Positions 1-10,065 of a DNA stretch of 64,000 nt are shown here, piece by piece. The stretch lies in IMG/VR virus record IMGVR_UViG_2615840722_000002, positions 3,936 to 67,935 of that record; one strand, 5' to 3'. The position numbers were made by a program, and so were the translations under genes. Numbering within the stretch: the stretch's first letter is position 1; the number at the start of each line of letters is the position of its first letter. The notes beneath the pieces were generated by a model that did not search any database, was not told where the DNA came from, and saw only the letters and a list, made by a program, of their open reading frames with translations. This DNA is from a virus (Duplodnaviria; Caudoviricetes).

Positions 1-279
1 TTCCCCTCCTTTTACTTCAAATTGAAAAGTAAATGCTAATGTTTGTTCATCAGGCACATTAATATTTGCTTTTCTTTCGGTAATCAAACTACCTTGTTCG
101 TCCAATAGCTTGATAGAGGTAATCCTGCTTATGTTTTTTATTAATGCAGCTTGAACGAAGACATGATTTTCTATCCTCCACACATTTTGGATAGGAAGTG
201 TCTGTTCTCCGTTTAAAATGATAGTAGATGCACGAGTATATAAGTCGGCCGCTACTCGTTCAAGATAGGCTTTATCCAC
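1..279 (-). CDS. small baseplate/tail protein (PBSX/skin-like), runs off the window
   Basis: Hand-translated from GTG at 279: MDKAYLERVAADLYTRASTIILNGEQ...FQFEVKGGE, open to position 1; directly follows the XkdU-like gene. Confidence 0.7.
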   Translation of the reverse strand, partial: MDKAYLERVAADLYTRASTIILNGEQTLPIQNVWRIENHVFVQAALIKNISRITSIKLLDEQGSLITERKANINVPDEQTLAFTFQFEVKGGE

Positions 280-858
280 TTATAACACTTCCTCACTTTG
301 ATATTTCATTGGTTTCATGCCGACGCGAAACTCATGGACTTTATGGTAGCGCCGGATATTGACTGCTACACGTTCCTGAATCTCTATCGTCTCATTAGTC
401 GAAGGAGCAAGAAGGAATTCAAGGTGCGCAGGTTTTGCCTTCTCTACGGCTGCTACAATTTCGCGAAGTAGATGTAGTTCATCGCTCGGTATCTGTGCTT
501 CAAATGCATATTCATTTGGTATGTTATATACTTTAGCGTTCTTAGATGGAACAAAGGTGTTAATAATATCCCGCATCTTCCTAATAGTCATAGGTGCGTA
601 TAAAAGTATCTTTGCTTTTACACGCGCTCGCCTATCATCTAACGTATCATTAGCATGCGGTGTAACGTCCCAGATACGCTCATGTCGGTCAATTGTCCAT
701 GTTGCAGTCTCAATCCTACGCTGTGCATATACATCACGTATATCAGCAAATAATTCGTCTAATCGCCTGCCTTGCACTTCTAGAATGGCCTGCATCTCTG
801 GACTGTTCTCATAGTAATCCGACAACATAGGTTTCATCTCGTTGTAGTTATACTGCAT
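280..858 (-). CDS. xkdU: baseplate wedge/tail protein, DUF2313 (XkdU/YmfQ-like)
   Basis: ETATWTIDRHE, RRARVKAK and KPAHL motifs; downstream of baseplate J. Confidence 0.8.
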   Translation of the reverse strand: MQYNYNEMKPMLSDYYENSPEMQAILEVQGRRLDELFADIRDVYAQRRIETATWTIDRHERIWDVTPHANDTLDDRRARVKAKILLYAPMTIRKMRDIINTFVPSKNAKVYNIPNEYAFEAQIPSDELHLLREIVAAVEKAKPAHLEFLLAPSTNETIEIQERVAVNIRRYHKVHEFRVGMKPMKYQSEEVL

Positions 859-1918
859 TAAGCGTCACCGTCCCTAACGTGTGCACTTGTTCTTTGCTTA
901 GCGGAATATCCGACGTATCGCCATTCAACGTCAAATTACGGTAGTTATGCACACCATCGGTTTCGATAATAATGCTCCCCACCCTGTTATATGTGATTTC
1001 TCCACCCGAAACGAGTTTTAATTCACTAAAGTACGTCTTTAATTCATTAGTAACATCCTGTGTAATGTCGGTAATGTTACGTGTCCCATCAAGTTCTATA
1101 TTTGCTTCTACATCGACATTTACAGCAATCGCGGGTACAACCGTGACCGTTGCTCCGATTGGCGCTTTACCTTGCCCCTCTCCGTCTATCGGATCGATAT
1201 ATTGCTTCACATCTTCGCATAGTTTTTCGCTAGCTGGATTTCCATTACTATCAAGTATGACGAGTTTTACAGTTCCGCGTCCATTCCACAAAGGCAAGAC
1301 AATTACCCTGCCTACACCCGTTACTTCTAGTGTCCACTTTTCATAGTCGTCCACATTACCGGATCCGGGACTCTTCTTCGTCTCAATGAAGTAACGTGCC
1401 CGAAGTGATTCGTCATCCTCTGTATCTACTCCGTCCCTATTTTCTGCATGTGAAACAAGCGTAATTGTTTGAAGGCCATCAACTGTATCAACTACGATAA
1501 CAGGCTTTGTTTCATCCGGTATTATGGCTCCATATTCCAATGCTCTAATAGCGGTAATGCAAGGAACCGAAGCGTCTTCTACAAACTCAAAAAAGCGATC
1601 GTCAATCGTGAGCAGGCCACCTGCTCTGACTACCCCCGTCCCCGTCAATTGCACATGCCGTATCGTTTGTGTCGCAAGCTTTCGCGTTACACCTTCTTCC
1701 GCTACAATCTTATCCAGGTATTCACCTGTCGCTGTATCAGGAAAAAGGAGATCTGTCATATTGTCGAGTTCTACATATGCTTCTTCTAGCCGCATCGAAA
1801 ATGGAGCTATTGCATCGTAAACAATACTGCTTACGGGTCTTTTATCGATATCATCAGGTATTTCATCGAGCGATTGTTGTAATAGATTTTCGAATGTCTT
1901 ATCCTCATAACGAGACAT
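848..1918 (-). CDS. xkdT: baseplate J/gp47-family protein (XkdT-like)
   Basis: TATGEYLD, EDDESLRARY, GSGNVDDYEKW and LWNGRGTVKL motifs; start moved to MSRYE (GGTGGTG RBS). Confidence 0.9.
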   Translation of the reverse strand: MSRYEDKTFENLLQQSLDEIPDDIDKRPVSSIVYDAIAPFSMRLEEAYVELDNMTDLLFPDTATGEYLDKIVAEEGVTRKLATQTIRHVQLTGTGVVRAGGLLTIDDRFFEFVEDASVPCITAIRALEYGAIIPDETKPVIVVDTVDGLQTITLVSHAENRDGVDTEDDESLRARYFIETKKSPGSGNVDDYEKWTLEVTGVGRVIVLPLWNGRGTVKLVILDSNGNPASEKLCEDVKQYIDPIDGEGQGKAPIGATVTVVPAIAVNVDVEANIELDGTRNITDITQDVTNELKTYFSELKLVSGGEITYNRVGSIIIETDGVHNYRNLTLNGDTSDIPLSKEQVHTLGTVTLNAV

Positions 1919-1954
1919 TACATCACCACCTTTAGACAAAATAAAAAAGCGACC

Positions 1955-2368
1955 CTAATATCTGGCCCCTTGTATCGGTACAGAAATATTTAATGTTCCC
2001 TCCACTGTATCTACAGTAAAATCAACGTATACATTATCATCTTCACGACGATACTCAAATTCATATACATTATCAATCCGATCATCGTATATAATCGCCT
2101 CGGTTATGACTCGTGTGCATTCTGATTGAAATAATGGCCACGATAAGTCTTTTCCAATTAAGTCCTCTAACTCGCATCCTTCATCATCAGAATAGATGAT
2201 AAAACGAAAACGTGCTGTTCGTATTGCTTTTATAATAAATTGTTCGATTGCTTCACGCTCATCTATAAATCCAGATATACGACCTGTGGTGAAATCTAGT
2301 TTATAATTACGTGATGGCTGACGTTCTCCTTCTACAATATCCGGTATGGTAATGTCCGGTGTAATCAT
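1955..2368 (-). CDS. xkdS: DUF2634 baseplate protein (XkdS-like, gp25-like)
   Basis: EAIEQFIIKAIRTARFRFIIYS...RVITEAIIYDDRI; synteny. Confidence 0.85.
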   Translation of the reverse strand: MITPDITIPDIVEGERQPSRNYKLDFTTGRISGFIDEREAIEQFIIKAIRTARFRFIIYSDDEGCELEDLIGKDLSWPLFQSECTRVITEAIIYDDRIDNVYEFEYRREDDNVYVDFTVDTVEGTLNISVPIQGARY

Positions 2369-2865
2369 TGATCATCCCCTCCATAGGAAACTAGTTTACA
2401 AGCAATATGGAATTTCTGACCGCCATTATAGGTTTGCACAAGCACCTTATCACCTGCTTTTAACACATCTTCGAATTGAAGCTTGATGCACTCATACTTG
2501 AATGAAGATATATCGTTATGTGGCGCTTCACGCTCGTCAGTTTGTGTAAATATCTTCCCATCTCCTGTCACAAGGTCTTTACCTTCCCCGTCACCTAAAT
2601 TTCGTATTGTGGCTTCTATGTGTTCAAGTGTGACGATGCGCTCATGTCGTGTTAAATGTTCGGCAACTGTTAGAAGTTCTGGTAATAGAATCATTTTGTC
2701 ATTGTTTTGTACCTTAACAGTTAGATTAGGTGGAGGCGTCAACACTACACCTTCCATCTGTTGCATCCCGCTTTGTATAGCCGCTTCTGCTGTACCGTGT
2801 ATATGTTCTTTTTGTTGGTTTGCATATCGCTGTAACATTTGTTTGGTTTTTTCATTGAATGACAT
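2365..2865 (-). CDS. xkdR: DUF2577 protein (XkdR-like)
   Basis: GVVLTPPPNLTVKV and LKAGDKVLV...GGQKF; synteny. Confidence 0.75.
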   Translation of the reverse strand: MSFNEKTKQMLQRYANQQKEHIHGTAEAAIQSGMQQMEGVVLTPPPNLTVKVQNNDKMILLPELLTVAEHLTRHERIVTLEHIEATIRNLGDGEGKDLVTGDGKIFTQTDEREAPHNDISSFKYECIKLQFEDVLKAGDKVLVQTYNGGQKFHIACKLVSYGGDDQ

Positions 2866-2909
2866 GGTATCACCTACTTATATTTCACGAGATGTAGAAG
2901 TTATTTCTC

Positions 2910-4253
2910 TTACCAGTCGAGATGGACATGGTCAAAGTGTCCTTTTACACGCCATAACACATGGTTAAACAACCCTGATGCCCGTGCCGCTGCCGCAAAA
3001 GCGTCCATCTTTGCTACCGGCCCTGCTACATCGTAGGCTCGTCCTAATAGATGTTTGCTTGTTTTTGACCCGCCAACTTTATCATTATGCGCCTTAGTCC
3101 GTTTGGCTGATGTAACTTTTAAGCCGTACTTACCAACGTTATCACGGACCCACTTGGCTGCAGATGTGTTATACCCATCGCCTTTGTCGCTAACTCGACT
3201 TCCACTTTTATAGCTGGTACTGCCCTTTCTCCGCGTTTCTTTTCGTGGCTCGTAAGGCACAACCCCTTCGACCGGCGGAAGATCGTCAGTTTCTTCTAGT
3301 TTTAACGACATTGTATGTTTATTCCCTTGAAATGAGTGTGTGTCCTCATCAATGTAGTATCCTTTAGCGATACCTAGCTCTCCCACTATGACATAGCATG
3401 ATCCGCCGCTAATTGCATCGGGTATACCAATCGCGTCCATGTTAAAGATGACCTCTTCTTTGGCTTTGTTCTTAATCATTTGATTGGCTTTGGCCTGCAG
3501 TTGGGATTTGTTGAGTTTGTCTGGTACACGTTCGAAATGCTGAATCAATCCCCATTCTCCACGAGCGACTTTGTCTTCTGCAACTGCTATAATCGTTTCT
3601 TTTTCCTCTCCTGCCTGTAATTTCACTTTTGTAGCAAATCCATCATGATCAATTGAGCGTTCATATGTCCAATCCATGATATTCGTGCCGTTCTCTAATA
3701 TCCATTTATGCGGATTTTCTACACGCTTTATCAGATGGATTTTCCCGCCTTGCGAATAAAGATAATATTTAACTCCAGTGCGTTTGTGGGTTTCGATAAG
3801 ATACCGGACAATAGTGTCGTAATAAGAATCCCCATCCATCACATGAGAAGGCACAACAAACTTTGTATCTACAATGTTCCCGGTTGGTAATCCAAGCTCT
3901 GTACAAAAAGTCTTCACCACATCTGATGCTTTCTTTTTTGATATGATGCGAGAATCCTTACTTCTTAGTAGATAGATAAGTTTGTCATAAGCTACTACTT
4001 TCCCCATACCGCTACGCATGTCTTTATTACTGAATACTGTTCCTTGAAACAGTTCCTTCCCCTTCCACTTGAACACAATTCCTTCTCCGTTTTCAGGGAA
4101 GATTGTATCGAGATATCCGCGCCGGACCGTAGGTAGTACCACTTCAACCGAACGAGCTGCATTGAACTTGCTGCCTTTCCATGTCACAGACTCGACTGGA
4201 ATGTCATACATGCCTTGTTTGGTGACCAAAAATACATCGATCATGTTATCCAC
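2910..4253 (-). CDS. xkdQ: XkdQ-like tail hub protein with C-terminal M15 Zn-peptidase domain
   Basis: XkdQ core (AYDKLIYL, YYIDEDTHSF, HTMSLKL) plus TSAKRT.AHN..VGG...SKHLLGRAYD...HVHLDW. Confidence 0.8.
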   Translation of the reverse strand: MDNMIDVFLVTKQGMYDIPVESVTWKGSKFNAARSVEVVLPTVRRGYLDTIFPENGEGIVFKWKGKELFQGTVFSNKDMRSGMGKVVAYDKLIYLLRSKDSRIISKKKASDVVKTFCTELGLPTGNIVDTKFVVPSHVMDGDSYYDTIVRYLIETHKRTGVKYYLYSQGGKIHLIKRVENPHKWILENGTNIMDWTYERSIDHDGFATKVKLQAGEEKETIIAVAEDKVARGEWGLIQHFERVPDKLNKSQLQAKANQMIKNKAKEEVIFNMDAIGIPDAISGGSCYVIVGELGIAKGYYIDEDTHSFQGNKHTMSLKLEETDDLPPVEGVVPYEPRKETRRKGSTSYKSGSRVSDKGDGYNTSAAKWVRDNVGKYGLKVTSAKRTKAHNDKVGGSKTSKHLLGRAYDVAGPVAKMDAFAAAARASGLFNHVLWRVKGHFDHVHLDW

Positions 4254-4907
4254 CTACAGTTTTATTTTCTGACCGACTTTTATAATGTATGGCGGTTTTA
4301 TTCCGTTCTTTTTCGCGATCTCTCGCCAATTTTTGTTGTATTTACGCCCAATCTTAATGAGTGTATCTCCAGATTTTACGGTATGTGTGACTGGTGTAGT
4401 CTTTTGATTTGGACGTTGTGCTTTTGTGTTAACAGCTACAGTTGGTGTAGTATTCTTTTTATCTGTTGATACCGCCTTGGATTCAAGCTTTCGAGGTTTG
4501 ATAAAACGGTATTCTTTTAGGGATATTGTGTAATAAATAGTATTTACATCTCCAGCTCGTTCTTCATAATCAAATTGCTCAATCGTACAGGCGTAGTTGA
4601 GGTTTAGACTATCGCTAATGACGATAAAGCGCATGGGTTTTCCGCTGTCTTTCCACCGTTGAATGTTTTTCAGATATATTTCTGGCTTGTGTACGTTTGG
4701 ATGTGCCCATGTATAGTCCCTTGCTCCAGGGAAGTACGAAGAAAAGGTAAACGTCTTTAAATCAGGGTCTTGGATGATGGTGATATCACCCAAGCCACTA
4801 ATATATACAGTCTCGTTTTTGGAACCGCATGTTATTTTGATATCTGGAGGAAGTACCGGTAGTTGGTGTCGCTCGTTTAGGTTATTAAACGTTAGCCAGA
4901 TTTCCAT
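4254..4907 (-). CDS. xkdP: LysM tail protein (XkdP-like)
   Basis: QLPVLP, FSSYFP, YTISLKEYR; C-terminal LysM HTVKSGDTLIKIG...IKVGQKIKL. Confidence 0.9.
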   Translation of the reverse strand: MEIWLTFNNLNERHQLPVLPPDIKITCGSKNETVYISGLGDITIIQDPDLKTFTFSSYFPGARDYTWAHPNVHKPEIYLKNIQRWKDSGKPMRFIVISDSLNLNYACTIEQFDYEERAGDVNTIYYTISLKEYRFIKPRKLESKAVSTDKKNTTPTVAVNTKAQRPNQKTTPVTHTVKSGDTLIKIGRKYNKNWREIAKKNGIKPPYIIKVGQKIKL

Positions 4908-4965
4908 ACGTATACCTCCTTTCAGGCAAAATAAAAAGCTTCAGTCTATAGACCAAAGCATCGCG

Positions 4966-7932
4966 TTATGGTTGGGTAACCTGTGGTGTATTCACATTAT
5001 CAAAAGCATCGGACAAGAGTAAGAGTATTTCTTGCAAAAACGAATCTTTGTCCATGTCGTTCTGAATAATAATATTTCCGTTGATAAGACTGTTGAGTTT
5101 CAATATACGGCTTCCACCACTTACCGATGGTTTAGTCGATGCCATCGAACGCAATGTTTCTGCCTGTTCCTCTGATAATTTTCCGGTAACTCCGCCATTT
5201 GCATACTGATTCACTCCGAGATACTTACCTGTTTGTGCAAACAGGCTGAGTGCTCGTCTGCGTTTATTACGACTGAGCGGTATAACCATTTCAATTCCTG
5301 CTTCTCCTGCAATTCCAGTACCCCCACCAACAAGTGTAGGTTTGTTAACGAGTCCAGCTACACCGCCATTTGCAAATTCTTGTTTTGGCATCTCCATCCC
5401 TGTATTTGGTGCAGGAACCGCATCAATTCGACTGGCAAGGTTATTCAGTGCTTGTTTCACACTATTAACTGAATCATCAATTCCACTAAAGTGAGAAGCG
5501 ATCCTTCCAGCCATTAGACCAGATATAAACGAAAGAGAGCCGAAGTTTGTAGTAACAAGACGAGCTTTATTTTCCATCTCGCCCAAAAACGAGATCACTC
5601 TCCCTGCTCCTATACCAGCCATAAATGCAAGAGAGTGGAAGTTCGTAGCTATAAGCTGGGCCTTGGGTTCAATCGGACTTATCGCTCCCGCGAGTTTTCC
5701 TGCCATCAGACCTGCAGTAACAGCAAGAGCATTAAGATTCTGTTGGGCAAGTTTTGTGTCAAGGCCTGGTGACTGCGTTTGTGTAGATGGCGGCTGTTCT
5801 TGCGGTTTTGGCGCCGGCTCTTCTTGACCAATGCGTTTCCAGATTGGTTCGCGAGTGTCTGTCCAATACTCGATTGTTCCATCAAGCGAGGCATTTTTGT
5901 ATTGTCCTTCTTTATGACCAAACACCCAATCTCCCGCCATTTCCCCAAATTCCGCCGCGCTTGTGAGTGTTAGATACGTACCAAGTGGACCGAGTATTTT
6001 GCCTCCCTTTTTGAAAAAACCTTTGCCTCCTTTTTGGGGTTCAGGCGCTGGTTTAGGTGCGGGAGCTGGTTTAGGTTGTGGTACCGGCTTAGGTTTAGGA
6101 CTTGGTTTAGAAGGCGTGGGCTTTGGCTGCATCGGCGTTGGTGTCGGTTTTGGCTTTGGTTTGATTTTCTCTTTTATTTTACCACCGATTTTATATGCAC
6201 CTTTTGCTAGTGTAATTCCACCTTTTAGCAAAAGTCCGCCCCCCAATAAATATGCAAGCATTCCAGTGCCACCTGCAGTAGAGAAGTTTCCTTGCATAAG
6301 ATTGTTCATGGATGTTTCCATTAGTCTTTGCAGAACAGTAATCCAAGCATTGAATCCGATTTCTGCCATCTTAATGAAAACTGCTTCGAGCTTCTTTCCG
6401 CCCGGTCCTTCCAACCATTTCCCCATAGCTTCTGTGATTTTATTCATCGCGTGGTCGACCTTCTCCTCGAAATTCATGTTGTAAAGGTCAATTTTATCCT
6501 GCATTTCTTTGCGAAACTCAGGATCGATACGCATTTCATCCAACGTAGCTTTATCAATCTTTGGCTTTGTGAATGGCTGGAACGCCTCGTCTAATACTTT
6601 TGCGATTCTTTGTCCCAACGCTTCTACTTTCGTCATCGATCCTTCTGTAAAATTGGTCATAGCATCTGTTAGTTTTTGGATGATAGGAAGTGCGGCTTCT
6701 AAACCTTTGATCTTCATAGCTTCAAAGGCCCCTCGTAACTGCTCCAGACTACCAGCTACATTATCCATCATCGTTTTAGCCATCTTTTCCGCTTCCCCAT
6801 CTGAATTCACCATGTCATTTTGCATCTTGCGGAATGCCTCAGGTCCTTTTTCGATGAGTGTAATCCACGCCGGGGCAGCTTCTACCCCAAACAAACCCTT
6901 TGCCATATCTAATTTTTCAGCTTGGCTCAATTTTTTGAACTTGTTGTGGAGTATGTCAATCATTTCTGCCATAGATTTGAACTTACCTTTACTGTCTACG
7001 GCCGAGAAGCCCAGTTTATCCATCGCTTCACCTGCGGCTTTTGGCGGCGCGGCTAGCCGTAATAAACCCATACGTAAGGCTGTACCAGCTGTATCCGCTT
7101 TGATATTGGCATTTCCCAAGATAGCGATGGCCGCGGCGACGGATTCAAGTGATTGCCCAGCGGTAGCGGCTACAGGTGCTACATATTTCATTGAGTATCC
7201 GAAGTCCGTCATACTGATAGTAGATGCCAAAGCCGCTTTCGCCATAACGTCGCCAATATGAGGTAGGTCTTTAATCTCCATCCGCATACCGGACATTGTT
7301 CCGATCATCAAGTCGGAAGTTTGGGCAAAATCTTCCCCTGCAGCTGCAGCAGAATTTAACACAGCAGGCAAAGCGCCCATCATTTGAGTAGAGTTCAATC
7401 CAGCTTGTCCCAAGACCACCATCCCTTGAGCAACTTCACTTGATGAATACACCATTTCCTGACCAAGCTGGATAGCTAATTCATTCATTTTTTTAAATTC
7501 CTCTTGCGTTGGTTGCGACAAAGCTTTCACTTTACTCATGGTTTTTTCAAAGTCTACAGCCGTCCTGAATGTATCGCCTACGATAGCACCGGCACCTAAG
7601 CCTGCCGTAATTCCGATAGCTGTAGGCAGGCTTGTAAGTCTTCCGTGGATTTTATCTATAGCTTGTGTTGCTTTATCTGTGACATTTATTGTCGTGTTGT
7701 ATGCGCTTCCCGCTATACGTTTTAAACCATCATTAATACGTTGTATTTTACTAGTGGCTTGGTCGTTTACGCCAATAGTCGGCTGTCCTCTTTTGCGTCC
7801 AAGTTCATCCATTGCTTTACCAGTGTTACCAGCTTTCTTTCCCATATCATCAAGCGATTTTGTGATATTCTTTGCTTTTGAACTCATACGGTCCACCAAA
7901 TCAAAGACGGCGGTTAACTTTCGTTCTGCCAT
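4966..7932 (-). CDS. tape measure protein (TP901-family core)
   Basis: FEKTMSKVKA, YSSSEVAQGM, YSMKYVAPVA, AGTALR, GKFKSM; ~990 aa; start MAERK. Confidence 0.92.
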   Translation of the reverse strand: MAERKLTAVFDLVDRMSSKAKNITKSLDDMGKKAGNTGKAMDELGRKRGQPTIGVNDQATSKIQRINDGLKRIAGSAYNTTINVTDKATQAIDKIHGRLTSLPTAIGITAGLGAGAIVGDTFRTAVDFEKTMSKVKALSQPTQEEFKKMNELAIQLGQEMVYSSSEVAQGMVVLGQAGLNSTQMMGALPAVLNSAAAAGEDFAQTSDLMIGTMSGMRMEIKDLPHIGDVMAKAALASTISMTDFGYSMKYVAPVAATAGQSLESVAAAIAILGNANIKADTAGTALRMGLLRLAAPPKAAGEAMDKLGFSAVDSKGKFKSMAEMIDILHNKFKKLSQAEKLDMAKGLFGVEAAPAWITLIEKGPEAFRKMQNDMVNSDGEAEKMAKTMMDNVAGSLEQLRGAFEAMKIKGLEAALPIIQKLTDAMTNFTEGSMTKVEALGQRIAKVLDEAFQPFTKPKIDKATLDEMRIDPEFRKEMQDKIDLYNMNFEEKVDHAMNKITEAMGKWLEGPGGKKLEAVFIKMAEIGFNAWITVLQRLMETSMNNLMQGNFSTAGGTGMLAYLLGGGLLLKGGITLAKGAYKIGGKIKEKIKPKPKPTPTPMQPKPTPSKPSPKPKPVPQPKPAPAPKPAPEPQKGGKGFFKKGGKILGPLGTYLTLTSAAEFGEMAGDWVFGHKEGQYKNASLDGTIEYWTDTREPIWKRIGQEEPAPKPQEQPPSTQTQSPGLDTKLAQQNLNALAVTAGLMAGKLAGAISPIEPKAQLIATNFHSLAFMAGIGAGRVISFLGEMENKARLVTTNFGSLSFISGLMAGRIASHFSGIDDSVNSVKQALNNLASRIDAVPAPNTGMEMPKQEFANGGVAGLVNKPTLVGGGTGIAGEAGIEMVIPLSRNKRRRALSLFAQTGKYLGVNQYANGGVTGKLSEEQAETLRSMASTKPSVSGGSRILKLNSLINGNIIIQNDMDKDSFLQEILLLLSDAFDNVNTPQVTQP

Positions 7933-8101
7933 AGTTTCACCTCCTTTCAAAAGAAAAAGCCGCTCGGTGTGAGCGACTTTTTCTTTTGAATCTTATCAAG
8001 TCGTTATAGTTATTACATCATTTATCAGTACGTTTATATTAATTTCCTCTCATTGTGTATATACCATATAGAAAAGTCTATTTGGCATAGGGGAATAAGT
8101 T

Positions 8102-8452
8102 TTATTGGATATCCTTTGCCCATTCAAGGGCGCTTAGATTAGCTCCTAATCCGCAAAGTAAGCCTATAATACCAAGCACTACTGAAGCCCCCAGATTTTC
8201 GATAAAAAAAGCTCCAATTACATATCCGATTACACCCCAGGCAATGCCAAAACAGATACATAAACCAAAGGCAAGGGGCTTAAACAAAAGAGCTATAATA
8301 CAACCTAAGAAAATTCCACCAAAAACCCACCAAGATGAACTCCATATACCTAAAAATATTGCCAAAAAAACAATTTCACCGAATAGTATATTGCTATTTT
8401 CTTGATTAAATTTGGCGTTAGTTATGCCTTTTCTAACATCTTCACTACTCAA
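8102..8452 (-). CDS. multi-pass membrane protein (moron)
   Basis: About four hydrophobic segments; GGAGG RBS; AT-rich; flanked by hairpins. Confidence 0.7.
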   Translation of the reverse strand: MSSEDVRKGITNAKFNQENSNILFGEIVFLAIFLGIWSSSWWVFGGIFLGCIIALLFKPLAFGLCICFGIAWGVIGYVIGAFFIENLGASVVLGIIGLLCGLGANLSALEWAKDIQ

Positions 8453-8628
8453 TTAAACCCCTCCTTTTTCCCTACATTCTACATCATCCTTCCTATATAA
8501 TTAAAGATTTTTCCAATATATCACTTTTTAAAATTACATAAAATTATCATCTAATTCCCATTTTTCGCCTTGTTTTATTTTCAACATTGATTTTCCAAAA
8601 GAAAAAGAGCAACGCTATTCGCTGCTCT

Positions 8629-8868
8629 TTATTGATTCGTTATGGCCCGTTTGATTAATTTTACGTCAGTGGCCAAATCATCTACTTGTTTTTGTACATC
8701 TGCAACTGGAGAGTGTATCTCACTATTTGCTGCTGTTTGCTCTCTAATGACTTCTAATTTGTGATTTAGTTCAGTAAATCGTTCGTCTACGCTATCGAAT
8801 CGTTGATTCATTTCTTTTTTCATATCCTGCATTTCGGCAAGGATTTGCTTGAGTATTTCCTCCATCAT
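8629..8868 (-). CDS. small coiled-coil hypothetical protein
   Basis: GGAGG RBS; heptad pattern; terminator-like hairpin at 8602-8630. Confidence 0.7.
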   Translation of the reverse strand: MMEEILKQILAEMQDMKKEMNQRFDSVDERFTELNHKLEVIREQTAANSEIHSPVADVQKQVDDLATDVKLIKRAITNQ

Positions 8869-8960
8869 TTATCCTCCCGGCATATATATGAATGTATTAT
8901 ATCATGGTTGTTGCTCTGTATTCCCTATGCATTTTAGGGAAACCGTAGTATGCAGGCTAC

Positions 8961-9101
8961 CTATTTTGATTTTATCAATTGTTTGATTTTCTTAAGCGTG
9001 ATTTTTGCTATTTCATCATCGGCTTGACTCCGCTTCACTAATCCCTTGAAAATTAAGAGATCACCAACAGTAACAACTGTATCAACTTCCTTAGTGTACA
9101 T
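8961..9101 (-). CDS. 46-aa hypothetical protein (not in the ORF track)
   Basis: Hand-translated MYTKEVDTVVTVGDLLIFKGLVKRSQADDEIAKITLKKIKQLIKSK; GGAG RBS; overlaps the upstream stop. Confidence 0.55.
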   Translation of the reverse strand: MYTKEVDTVVTVGDLLIFKGLVKRSQADDEIAKITLKKIKQLIKSK

Positions 9102-9426
9102 GGCAATCTCCAAATACAGTATCTAGGAACATTTTTCGATATCCGTTACATAAAGAATGTAGATAGTTCGCAAAGAAGTCGCATACCTCTCGTTCGTCAT
9201 AACCAAATGTAGGTAGTTGTTCCAGGCAAAAAGTTAGAAGTTTTGCCGGATTTTCTGGATCATCCTGTTCTCTCCAGCGAAAATTTACAGCGGTGAATTT
9301 TCCTGTCATACTTTCTAATGATTGAAACGGGTATATTTCTAGCGCATCAACTATTTCTCTTGCTACTTCTTCAATGCTTGGATAATCCATGATTATTCCT
9401 CCATATTGATTGGAGGCAATACCCAC
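9091..9426 (-). CDS. hypothetical protein
   Basis: Open ORF with two RBS-backed starts (GTG 9426 or MDYPS). Confidence 0.6.
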   Translation of the reverse strand: MGIASNQYGGIIMDYPSIEEVAREIVDALEIYPFQSLESMTGKFTAVNFRWREQDDPENPAKLLTFCLEQLPTFGYDEREVCDFFANYLHSLCNGYRKMFLDTVFGDCHVH

Positions 9427-9552
9427 TTTTATTTCCCTCTTTTTTTAGGTATACTGAGGGTAGTCGAATTCTTGTGGGGTATTGCCCCACTTTTTTTATT
9501 TGTGTTTTTTAGCTTGTCACTTTCTTAACTGCGAATTAAGAAGGTGATTTTT

Positions 9553-10065
9553 TTATGCGCCGATTCTTGGCCGCCATGCCTCAATCATTCTCAATGCTTC
9601 ATCCATGTCTAGCCGACGAATGTCCTGGTAGCTGGTGACTGCAAAAGTATCTTTTACATCGCGCCAAATTTTTGGATACAACTTACGCTTGGCTTGATCT
9701 ATGTCTGGCTTTACTTCTCCCATATCATCGAATAGCAGTTGTTGTATGTCCTCTCTATGGGCTAGTTCCCGCACCCGTCGTTCTACCGCCTTTTTAACTT
9801 TTACCGCCTCATGGTAATCCAAGCGTTCGTTTTTCTTGACGGTCTCTACATCTTGCTTAAATTCCGTCATTTTTTGTTCAAACTCAGACAGCTTTATTTC
9901 TGTCTTTTTCTCTGCTACTACCTGACTTTGTTTGAGTACTTCCAATTCTCTTGATACTACATCGATTTGGCGTTGCACTAACGCAGCTTGCAGCATATTA
10001 ATTTGAGAATCATTTAATGTGCTAATGTCTACGCTTGTCCCATTTAATTGCACTACGTTATTCAT
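9553..10065 (-). CDS. ORF6C-domain protein (antirepressor-type C-terminus)
   Basis: RKLYPKIWRDVKDTFAVTSYQDI...EALRMIEAWRP; paralogous to the C-terminus of 33219..33956. Confidence 0.8.
   Translation of the reverse strand: MNNVVQLNGTSVDISTLNDSQINMLQAALVQRQIDVVSRELEVLKQSQVVAEKKTEIKLSEFEQKMTEFKQDVETVKKNERLDYHEAVKVKKAVERRVRELAHREDIQQLLFDDMGEVKPDIDQAKRKLYPKIWRDVKDTFAVTSYQDIRRLDMDEALRMIEAWRPRIGA

Noticed and set aside
6040-6170. Pro/Lys repeats in the tape measure gene
   Set aside because: Low-complexity protein linker, not a DNA repeat element
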